Shown here: positions 1-7,925 of the stretch, in pieces
How the letters are laid out: each line of letters begins with the position of its first letter
Numbering within the stretch: position 1 is the stretch's first letter
Origin: Candidatus Poseidoniaceae archaeon
Lineage (GTDB): Archaea; Thermoplasmatota; Poseidoniia; Poseidoniales; Poseidoniaceae
Direction: 5' to 3'
DNA length: 56,467 bases
Assembly (NCBI GenBank): GCA_049598575.1
Contig: JBMYNT010000005.1
Location: 1 to 56,467, forward strand
The notes under the pieces: model-generated
Database searches by the model: none
What the model saw: only the letters and a program-made list of their open reading frames with translations
Told to the model about the DNA's origin: nothing
Translations under genes and position numbers: made by a program

Positions 1-210
1 ATTGCCGAGTGTCCGGACTTCATCGATACCAGGATGTGCTTCCAATGCAAGTTGTACATCATCGGTCGCTGAGAGCGTTGCCGTCCCTCGTCCTTTGCCA
101 AGAGGCATCGTTTCTTCGATACGTAGAACGAGCGAAGGTAGTGAACGTGAGACATCACCCGACCAATGTCCTTCTGGAAGACGAACTTGGATGCGGACGT
201 GTTGAGACAT
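1..210 (-). CDS. 5' part of a gene truncated by the window edge; possibly an HTH_10/Bat-like regulator N-terminal domain
   Basis: Not in the ORF track. ATG at 210, 4 nt after the glpX stop; reads open to base 1 (MSQHVRIQVRLPEGHWSGDVSRSLPSLVLRIEETMPLG...). The family guess is weak. Confidence 0.55.
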   Translation of the reverse strand, partial: MSQHVRIQVRLPEGHWSGDVSRSLPSLVLRIEETMPLGKGRGTATLSATDDVQLALEAHPGIDEVRTLGN

Positions 211-214
211 ACAA

Positions 215-1168
215 TCACAATGGTCGTCGAGTCGAGAACTGTTCAACAGTTTTTGCTTGAACGTCAATAATTTCACTGTGAGCAATTCCAAAACCATCGC
301 CAAGTTCTGCAGCAGGCAGGTATCCATCACAGACGCCGGAGGCTGCAAAGATTGCATCTTCGGATTGGCAGAGGTCATGTGCCTTCCAGAGACGGGTAAG
401 GTCATCATCGATCATGTCACCAGCACGAGCTTCTTCTTCGGGCGAGCGGAAGACAAGCGTTCCTTCGAAGACGCCGCCAAGGCCACGAATGGCTGTTGCG
501 GAAATCACGCCTTCAGGTGCAGCACCTATGCCCATGAGAAGGTCGAACGGTCCGTCATCCTTTGCAGCCCAGATGGCTCCGGATACGTCACCATCGCCGA
601 GCAATTCGAGTTGAGCACCAGCGCCTCGAATTTCTTTGAACAGGTCTGCATGACGCTCACGATCGAGTGCAACGACCTTGACTTCGCTGATGGGCTTGTC
701 AAGTGCATGTGCGGCCTGCTCGAGATTGTACGTCACCGTTCCTTCGAGAGAAATGTGTCCAGCAAGTTGTGGTCCTGCTGCGATTTTGTTCATGTAGCAA
801 TCAGGCGCATGGAGTAATGTTCCACGAGGTGCTGCTGCCAGGACAGCGATGGAATTCGGTTTGTCGTATGCACAATTGTTGGTGCATTCGAGGGGATCAA
901 CGGCGATATCGATGCATGGAACGCCCTCGACGCCAACCGCACTCCCCAATTCTTCACCAATGTAGAGCATGGGTGCTTCGTCTCGCTCGCCTTCGCCAAT
1001 AGCAACACGACCGTCGAATGGGACAGCGTCAAAGGTACGACGCATGGCTTCAACGGCAGCATCATCTGCGGCGTTCTTGTCGCCTTTACCTCGCCATGCG
1101 GCACTGGCAATTGCAGCATTGTCAACGGCTTCGAGGAAGTGCTTGGTGAGGTCTGCTGTGCTGCTCAT
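215..1168 (-). CDS. glpX: Class II fructose-1,6-bisphosphatase
   Basis: GlpX motifs GKGDKNAADDAAVEAMR, IGEGERDEAPMLYIGE, DIAVDPLE, GDGDV, GIGAAPEGV. Confidence 0.93.
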   Translation of the reverse strand: MSSTADLTKHFLEAVDNAAIASAAWRGKGDKNAADDAAVEAMRRTFDAVPFDGRVAIGEGERDEAPMLYIGEELGSAVGVEGVPCIDIAVDPLECTNNCAYDKPNSIAVLAAAPRGTLLHAPDCYMNKIAAGPQLAGHISLEGTVTYNLEQAAHALDKPISEVKVVALDRERHADLFKEIRGAGAQLELLGDGDVSGAIWAAKDDGPFDLLMGIGAAPEGVISATAIRGLGGVFEGTLVFRSPEEEARAGDMIDDDLTRLWKAHDLCQSEDAIFAASGVCDGYLPAAELGDGFGIAHSEIIDVQAKTVEQFSTRRPL

Positions 1169-1218
1169 GTATCGTCCAATTCAAGAGCGAACATATGCCT
1201 TTTCGCTTGTTTCGTTGC

Positions 1219-2904
1219 TCAGCGTCGGCGGTTTGGGCGCCCAGAACGACCTTTGCCTCGCGAGTTGTGTCGTCCACCTGGGCCTTTTCTGCCACCGCCC
1301 TGTCGGCCTCCGCCACCATGACGGCGTTGGCTTGGATGACGTCCTTCCGGTTGGAAGGTCCAGTCATCGCTTCGGCGAGGTCGAACGTATCGGCTTCCAA
1401 CACGTTCCTGATCCAAATCTTCGACGAGTTGATCGATGAATTGCTCCGGTAATTCTACAGCAGTAATTTTGTCGAGCATTTCGATGCGGCCAACCGAACC
1501 GTCAGGTAGGTTGCCGACTCGGTAAACCATTCCAGTGATGGCACCTCGATCGATTCCGTCCATCGCTCCTAGCCCAAGAACCAGTGCTGCCTTCGGTCCA
1601 TTGTCGCTCTTGTTGAGTTGAGGGGTGTTTGTTGTATCCTGTTCAGGCGATGAACCTAGGAGTTTCGATAGGGCTGCAACTGCAATCTTTTCGGCACTCA
1701 TTCCAGATTCTCTTGCAGCGTTGAAGGCGTCAAATGCGTTTTGATGCGGTTCGATCTCACTGAATTCTTCAACCAGTTGCAAGCGTTGAAGATCATCGAT
1801 GTCTTGTTGGGTGGGGATTTCCATTCGCTCAAGTTCACCTGCTTTCTTTTCGATGCGCTTGATGTGGCGTACTGCTCGGTTTCCGACCATGAGGACACTA
1901 CGTCCAGTTCGCCCTGCACGACCGGTTCGGCCAACTCGATGGATGTAGGTATCATCGTCGGTAGGCAGGTCATCTTGCAGGACCAAGTCGACTCGGTCCA
2001 CATCGATGCCTCGAGCAGCAACGTCCGTTGCGACCAAGACGTTGGTACGTCCTTCACGGAAACGGTTCATGACACGGGTTCGCTCTGCTTGAGACATACC
2101 GCCATGCAATGCTTCAGCACCTTTTGGTCGCAGGATGTCTGCAACCGTTTCGACTCTGTTTCGAGTCTTACAGAAAATGATGGCCGCACTCGGTTGCCAT
2201 GCAAGAAGGAGTTTCTCAATCGCATCAACACGTTGTCGGAGTGTACAAATCATGACGTATTGTTTGACAAGGCTCGGAGGTCGTTCCTCCTTCCCAGAGG
2301 CACGGATTTGTTCAGGGTCCTCGAGAATCTTGTTTGCAAGTTTCTGAACGTGTTTTGGCATTGTTGCTGAGAAGAGAAGCGTTTGGTGGTCGGGATTCAT
2401 CTGGTCGACGATGTATTCAAGATCGTCTGCAAAACCCATGCTCAGCATTTCATCAGCTTCATCCAGAACGAGAACATCATATTGATTGAGGTCAACATTG
2501 CCTCGCTCCATGTGATCGCAAATACGACCTGGTGTCGCAACGAGAATGGCATCTGGCCATTCAGTCAACTGTTGAATTTGCTTTTTCATCGAGGCTCCAC
2601 CAATGAGTGCAGTAGCGATGTTGTCGAGTCCACTCAATCGCTCGATTTCATTCACGACTTGCAGGGCTAACTCTCGAGTTGGGCAGATAATGACGCCCGG
2701 TTTGTGTGTTTGTAGAATGGGGAGAACGAAGGCTGCGGTCTTTCCAGTTCCTGTGCGTGCAGTGGCGAGAACGTCTCGTCCTGCAATCGCTGGCGGTATT
2801 GCCATGGCTTGAACGGGTGTTGCAAATTCATACCCGAGGGCATCCAATCGGTCGAGGAGGTGAGCCTCAAGTTCGAGGCTCTCAAAAGTGGTTGATTCGG
2901 ACAT
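1219..2904 (-). CDS. DEAD-box RNA helicase (DeaD/CsdA-like) with DbpA-type C-terminal RNA-binding domain and basic Gly/Arg tail
   Basis: TPVQ Q-motif, TGTGKT, PTRELA, LDEAD, SAT, ARGID, HRVGRTGR; start placed at ATG 2904. Confidence 0.93.
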   Translation of the reverse strand: MSESTTFESLELEAHLLDRLDALGYEFATPVQAMAIPPAIAGRDVLATARTGTGKTAAFVLPILQTHKPGVIICPTRELALQVVNEIERLSGLDNIATALIGGASMKKQIQQLTEWPDAILVATPGRICDHMERGNVDLNQYDVLVLDEADEMLSMGFADDLEYIVDQMNPDHQTLLFSATMPKHVQKLANKILEDPEQIRASGKEERPPSLVKQYVMICTLRQRVDAIEKLLLAWQPSAAIIFCKTRNRVETVADILRPKGAEALHGGMSQAERTRVMNRFREGRTNVLVATDVAARGIDVDRVDLVLQDDLPTDDDTYIHRVGRTGRAGRTGRSVLMVGNRAVRHIKRIEKKAGELERMEIPTQQDIDDLQRLQLVEEFSEIEPHQNAFDAFNAARESGMSAEKIAVAALSKLLGSSPEQDTTNTPQLNKSDNGPKAALVLGLGAMDGIDRGAITGMVYRVGNLPDGSVGRIEMLDKITAVELPEQFIDQLVEDLDQERVGSRYVRPRRSDDWTFQPEGRHPSQRRHGGGGRQGGGRKGPGGRHNSRGKGRSGRPNRRR

Positions 2905-3005
2905 TTTGCACACCGCTAGGCGTGCCCCAGCAATTTGCCCTGCTGGCCTCCCTCGTTTAAGCGCGCCCTATGGATTGAGGCTTTGTGCTGTATTTGAGGC
3001 GATTG

Positions 3006-3458
3006 TCATCCTTTCCGTTTCTCGACGATGTGAAGATCGGTTATTTTGGCGTTCGGATATTGACCATCCTCGTCCTTCTCGAAGGATTTGATCATGTCAA
3101 GAACGCACAGTAGACCTGCGCTGACACCAGTGATGGCTTCCATCTCGATTCCTGTTTTGTAATGCGCTGAGACATGAACTGTGCAACGAAGTGAGGTTCC
3201 TTCCCATGCCCAATCAACCTTGCACCCTTCCAACGGTATAGGGTGGCAGTGAGGGATAATTCGAGGTGTTTCCTTGACGGCTTGAATAGCAGCGATGGTT
3301 GAAGCTTCGAGAACATCTCCTTTCTTGACCAACTTATCGACAATGGCTTGTTTGGTTGCTGCTTGAAGATGCAGGAGTCCAGTAGCGGTTGCTTTTCGCT
3401 CAACAATTGGTTTTGTTCCGATCTCGACGATGCCTTGTATTTCCTTATCCATGTTCAT
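3006..3458 (-). CDS. moaC: Cyclic pyranopterin monophosphate synthase
   Basis: KKGDVLE, IIPHCHPI, KTGIEMEA, DMIKS motifs; ATGA overlap with the moaE stop. Confidence 0.92.
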   Translation of the reverse strand: MNMDKEIQGIVEIGTKPIVERKATATGLLHLQAATKQAIVDKLVKKGDVLEASTIAAIQAVKETPRIIPHCHPIPLEGCKVDWAWEGTSLRCTVHVSAHYKTGIEMEAITGVSAGLLCVLDMIKSFEKDEDGQYPNAKITDLHIVEKRKG

Positions 3459-3880
3459 CCCAATCCTGCTTTCCAAGTCGATCCTTGAGAGGTTACTTCA
3501 CGCTTCCACAATGGAGCCTGTTTCTTGAGTTCATCGATGAGCCATTCACACGCTCGAAACGCTTCCTTGCGGTGAGGGCTTGCAACGTGTATGCTAACGA
3601 TCGATTCTTGTGGCTCGACACGTCCCGTTCGATGCGCCATGGCTACCGATAAGGTTCCGAATGTGTCGCAAGCTTGGTTGGCTAAATCCCGAAGCACTGG
3701 TCCGAGCTTCTCTTGCCATGCATCGAACTCAAGAGCATAGACCTCAGCATCGCCTTCCGTCCCTCGAGTGATGCCGAGGAAAGAGACGATAGCGCCACAT
3801 CCTTTGGTCTCAAGTTGTTCTCTTAACGCTGCATGATCGAGAGCATCAGGGGCTTCTTCGATGATGATATGGCGCCCCAT
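3455..3880 (-). CDS. moaE: Molybdopterin synthase catalytic subunit
   Basis: CGAIVSFLGITR, HRTG, SPHRKEAF, IDELKKQAPLWKRE. Confidence 0.92.
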   Translation of the reverse strand: MGRHIIIEEAPDALDHAALREQLETKGCGAIVSFLGITRGTEGDAEVYALEFDAWQEKLGPVLRDLANQACDTFGTLSVAMAHRTGRVEPQESIVSIHVASPHRKEAFRACEWLIDELKKQAPLWKREVTSQGSTWKAGLG

Positions 3881-3931
3881 GGTGATGCGAAGGAAGCGCA
3901 TGATTCAAGGGTAACGGCTCGATGGGCCAAC

Positions 3932-5197
3932 ATGGCCGATAGCGCTGACTCGACCAAACCCATTCACATCATGGGTGCTGGATTGTCAGGTCTGGCTGCA
4001 GCAACCATTCTTGCGAAAGCGGGAAAGGAGGTTCATGTCCACGATGTTCGCAGTGACTCTGGAGCACGTTTTGATGGAGATTTCCAAGCTCTTGAGAACT
4101 GGTCCATGGATGTAGACTTCTTTGACCAATTGAAGGAGTGGGGTTTCGACGCATCAGAATTTCAAGCAACGGAATTTCAGGTTGTTGATTTGATTCATCC
4201 AGATGATGTCATCACGCAGCCAAAGAGCGAACGTGTTGCCTACCGAATCGTTGAGCGTGGAACCTCTGACCACACCATCGACCAAGGGATGAAGCGTCAA
4301 GCCATGGCTGCTGGGGCAACCATTCACTACAAATCCCGTGTGAAAGAAGAGGATTGCACCATCATCGCTTGTGGCCCGAAAGGAACCTCTGCAGTAGCAT
4401 ATGGTGAGATTTTCAAAACCTCGCATCCCAATCACATCGCCTTTCAATTGAACGATAAACTTGCACCAGGAGCGTATTCCTACCTCATCATTGTTGATGG
4501 CGTTGGCCTCATCTGTACGTGTTTATGGAGAAAGCAATCCAAGAACGAACGCTTCCTCAATGAGACCATCGCCTGGTACGAAAAGCACTATCCAAACCTT
4601 GACCGAACACCCATTAAGCGCGTTGGTGGAAAAGGGGATTTCACCATCAATCAGCGTTACAAGCAAGATGGTCGATACTATGTTGGAGAGTCTGGTGGAC
4701 TCCAGGATTTCATGTGGGGATTCGGCATGCGTATGGCCGTTTGGTCTGGCGTTTTAGCGGCGAAGGATTTGCTTGGTGAGTGCGATTATGAAACCGAGGT
4801 TCGTAAGCAATTGCTGCCGTATGTCCGCACCAGCGTTGCCAATCGATGGCTGATGAACCGTGTTGGTGATGGCATGTTCAAGCGAATGTGTCGTGCTTGG
4901 ATGAAGGATCAAAAGAAGCGAGGTGATGGCCTTGTTTGGATTGGAAAGTTGTTCCGGCCTCGTTGGTACAAGACGCTCCTGTATCATCTTGTTACACCCT
5001 TCATGCTGACCAAAGATCCGAAGGCGATGGGCCGTGGTGTTCGACGCATGCCGTTCCGAAAAGCTAAGGCGAGAGATGTGTGGGAACAGTCTCCTGAAGC
5101 TGCCTTAATCGGTGAGCAGTGGAATGAAGTTCGACGAGGTGGAGGCAAGGTTTCGTTTGCCAACGACTCGGATGAGGCGAGCATCTCCAGCGAGTAG
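3932..5197 (+). CDS. FAD-dependent oxidoreductase, geranylgeranyl-reductase-like
   Basis: N-terminal GAGLSG Rossmann motif, APGAYSY, VGESGG...GFGM; start moved to ATG 3932 to avoid overlapping moaE. Confidence 0.75.
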   Translation: MADSADSTKPIHIMGAGLSGLAAATILAKAGKEVHVHDVRSDSGARFDGDFQALENWSMDVDFFDQLKEWGFDASEFQATEFQVVDLIHPDDVITQPKSERVAYRIVERGTSDHTIDQGMKRQAMAAGATIHYKSRVKEEDCTIIACGPKGTSAVAYGEIFKTSHPNHIAFQLNDKLAPGAYSYLIIVDGVGLICTCLWRKQSKNERFLNETIAWYEKHYPNLDRTPIKRVGGKGDFTINQRYKQDGRYYVGESGGLQDFMWGFGMRMAVWSGVLAAKDLLGECDYETEVRKQLLPYVRTSVANRWLMNRVGDGMFKRMCRAWMKDQKKRGDGLVWIGKLFRPRWYKTLLYHLVTPFMLTKDPKAMGRGVRRMPFRKAKARDVWEQSPEAALIGEQWNEVRRGGGKVSFANDSDEASISSE

Positions 5198-5239
5198 ACG
5201 CGACGATTCGTTCATAATGCGAATCGTTTTCGGGCAAAT

Positions 5240-6094
5240 ATGAGCGACCTCAATTTCGAAGCCATGCCCAACAAACTCGTGAACTATGCAACTCTCGATG
5301 GTATTGCCGTCATCGAATTGGCAAGTGATGCTGCAGGAGCACCACTGACCGAAACCAACGATCGTTCACCGAACACGTACACACACGGAATGATGAGCGA
5401 TCTTGATGATGCCATCATCAAGGCTCGATTCGATGATGACGTTTCTTGCATTGTTCTGACTGGAAACGGGTCCTCCTTCTTCTCTGCAGGTGCATCGATT
5501 CAAATGCTGAACAGTGTTTCTCCTGGATTCAAGTACAACTTCTGTCTTCACGCCAATGAAACACTCTCTCGTCTTGAACAGACACCTAAGTTGGTCGTTT
5601 GTGCTATCAACGGTCACGCAGTCGGTGGCGGTCTTGAAATCGCTATGGCAGCTGACATTCGCATTGCTCGCAAGAACTCTGGAAAGGTCGGTCTGCCTGA
5701 GATCAATCTCGGTGTTCTCGCAGGTACTGGTGGAACCGCTCGACTGACTCGACTCATTGGAAAGGCCAAGGCCCTTGAGATGATGGTTACGGGTGAACTC
5801 ATGTCCTTCGAGGATGCACATGCACACAACCTCATCAACCACATTTGGGAAGGCGACGCTGCTGATTTCCGCCGAGACATTCTCGACTGGTGCAGCCAGT
5901 TCACACTACCAAACAAGGCGACCAAGGCTGTTGGAAACATCAAGCGTTCCTGCCAGACTGGTCCTGAAATCCCATTCGAGTACCATCTTGCTCTTGAGCG
6001 AGAGTTGCAAGCTGCACTCTTCAACTCAAGCGATGCAAAGGAAGGAATTGCAGCATATGTCGAAAAGCGTGTTGCAAACTTCACCGGTGAATGA
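5240..6094 (+). CDS. Enoyl-CoA hydratase/isomerase (crotonase family)
   Basis: FFSAGA, AINGHAVGGGLEIAMAADIR, GLPEINLG, GTGGTARL. Confidence 0.9.
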   Translation: MSDLNFEAMPNKLVNYATLDGIAVIELASDAAGAPLTETNDRSPNTYTHGMMSDLDDAIIKARFDDDVSCIVLTGNGSSFFSAGASIQMLNSVSPGFKYNFCLHANETLSRLEQTPKLVVCAINGHAVGGGLEIAMAADIRIARKNSGKVGLPEINLGVLAGTGGTARLTRLIGKAKALEMMVTGELMSFEDAHAHNLINHIWEGDAADFRRDILDWCSQFTLPNKATKAVGNIKRSCQTGPEIPFEYHLALERELQAALFNSSDAKEGIAAYVEKRVANFTGE

Positions 6095-7032
6095 GCGTGA
6101 ATGGAATGTCCGATTATCACATTCCTGCTGACGTTCCTGATGACCTTGCAGACACCTATCTCGAGAACCTGATGGCTGCTACATGCGGTACTGGTTCGAT
6201 GAATTTGTTTGCGTGCGACCAAAAAATCGAGCATTTGAACGACGACTTCTACGATGGTGGAGATTCAATCCCACTTTCATCCAACGACCCTGGTCATCTC
6301 TTCGAAATTGGAGCACAAGCCCATCGAGAAGGTACCGTTGGTGTTCTTGCAGCACAAGGTGGACTCATCTCATTGTACGGTCGTGACCATCCTGATGTTC
6401 CTTACTTGGTGAAATTGAACTCCAAGTCGCATTTGGTTAAGACCACGCAACGCGATCCAATCAGTCTCGCAATGTGGGACATGGACGATGTTATGTCGCT
6501 CGTTTCCAACGGTCTAAACGTTGTCGGAATCGGTTACACCGTCTACATCGGTAGCGAATACGAGCATGAAATGATGACAGAAGCTGCGCATTTCATTCGT
6601 CAAGCCCACGAAGAAGGTATGATTGCTGTCGTTTGGATGTATCCACGAGGCAAGGCTGTTGAAGATGAGAAAGATCCGCAATTGATTTCTGGTGCTGCAG
6701 GCGTTGCAGCGTGCATTGGTGCTGACTTTGCAAAGGTCAACTACCCTCGTGCATGGGACGGAATGACGCAACCAGAATCACTGAAGGTTGCAGTTGAGGC
6801 TGCTGGTCGATGTGGAATCATTTGCTCAGGAGGCGGTTCGCTCCCTGCCCGTGATTTCTTGCAACGTCTTTGGGATCAAATCAACGTCAGTGGTTGCAAA
6901 GGTGCAGCAACTGGACGTAACATTCACCAAAAGTCGACCGATGAAGCGGTTCGAATGACGGCGGCCTGCCACGCCATCATTTCAGAAGGTGCAAGTGTTG
7001 ACGAAGCCATGGATATCTTCCAAGGCAACTGA
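6091..7032 (+). CDS. Class I fructose-bisphosphate aldolase (DhnA/FbaB-type)
   Basis: DQKIEH, YLVKLNSK, WMYPRG, Schiff-base Lys in ADFAKVNYP, GRNIHQ. Confidence 0.85.
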   Translation: MSVNGMSDYHIPADVPDDLADTYLENLMAATCGTGSMNLFACDQKIEHLNDDFYDGGDSIPLSSNDPGHLFEIGAQAHREGTVGVLAAQGGLISLYGRDHPDVPYLVKLNSKSHLVKTTQRDPISLAMWDMDDVMSLVSNGLNVVGIGYTVYIGSEYEHEMMTEAAHFIRQAHEEGMIAVVWMYPRGKAVEDEKDPQLISGAAGVAACIGADFAKVNYPRAWDGMTQPESLKVAVEAAGRCGIICSGGGSLPARDFLQRLWDQINVSGCKGAATGRNIHQKSTDEAVRMTAACHAIISEGASVDEAMDIFQGN

Positions 7033-7093
7033 AGTGAATCTGTTCCACGTAGGTTGAACAAGGTTTTATTTTCGAAGTCACGATTTTTCTACC

Positions 7094-7330
7094 ATGAAAA
7101 ACGTTGGTGGTGCTGAGCGATTAGCCCGTGCATTGTTTGGATCGAGTTTCGTTTTGTTGGATTTTTTTGCAACCATTCAACTCGAACTCATCTTCCTCAT
7201 TATCGGATTGTGGGGGGTGCTGACATCTGCCTTCGGCTACTGTCCATTCAATGGCCTCATGGGGAGAAACACATGTGCCATCCAGTACAATGACGCATCA
7301 TCTGAAGAAGTGGCTGTTGAAACAGCTTAG
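7094..7330 (+). CDS. DUF2892/YgaP-like small membrane protein
   Basis: MKNVGxxER..R start, two TM segments, GYCP...GRNTC motif. Confidence 0.8.
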   Translation: MKNVGGAERLARALFGSSFVLLDFFATIQLELIFLIIGLWGVLTSAFGYCPFNGLMGRNTCAIQYNDASSEEVAVETA

Positions 7331-7653
7331 TTCTTCTTCATATCATCGCCCATGGTAATGTTACCTTCTTGGTCGATGATGATTGGCGTTCCTTCCTTCC
7401 ATCCTGGGCAGTTGTCTTCAACCCAGATTCGAGTGGCCCACTCGCAGATATCGTATCCGCCAGAGAGAATGCCGGATCGCTTGATGTATCCGACCTTGAC
7501 GATGTCCTTGTCTTTGGAGAGAACGTTGCCAAGTTGTTGGCTTGTCGTACCGTGACGCATGGTGCTGTTGATGTGTTCTAGGATTTCTGCAGTGTTGCGT
7601 GGTCGATCGCCTAGGAATTTCTTGATTTTTTCTCGTATGCGTACAGTTTTCAT
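7327..7653 (-). CDS. Small basic winged-helix putative nucleic-acid-binding protein (DUF3860-like)
   Basis: IKKFLGDRPRNTAEI...LGNVLSKDKDIVKVG...EWA pattern; strong AAAGGAGG SD before ATG 7653. Confidence 0.7.
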   Translation of the reverse strand: MKTVRIREKIKKFLGDRPRNTAEILEHINSTMRHGTTSQQLGNVLSKDKDIVKVGYIKRSGILSGGYDICEWATRIWVEDNCPGWKEGTPIIIDQEGNITMGDDMKKN

Positions 7654-7754
7654 GTTCTTGTCCTCCTTTGAATTTCGCTTTTCGCTCTTAGGCGATGTCG
7701 CTGTACCAAAGGAGCGAGGCCACTCATATAACCGTTCCTCCAACAAACGACGAG

Positions 7755-7914
7755 TTTGTTACCGTTACTGACCATAATTGGTGTAATTTTTACACGATGT
7801 GCAATGATATGTAAGTGAAATCTCACAATTCCAGTAGAAACTAGTAACTAAATGTAAGTAAATAAATTCTTTAGAGGTAACAAATAAAAAGGAGCCCCTT
7901 TAGAGCGTAACAAA
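7755..7914. promoter_or_regulatory. AT-rich intergenic region with ORB-like repeats; candidate replication origin
   Basis: TTCCAGTAGAAAC at 7829-7841; direct repeats CTTTAGAG(C)GTAACAAA at 7869-7884 and 7898-7914; inverted GGTAACAAA at 7755-7763. Confidence 0.45.
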
Positions 7915-7925
7915 AGTGACTCATC

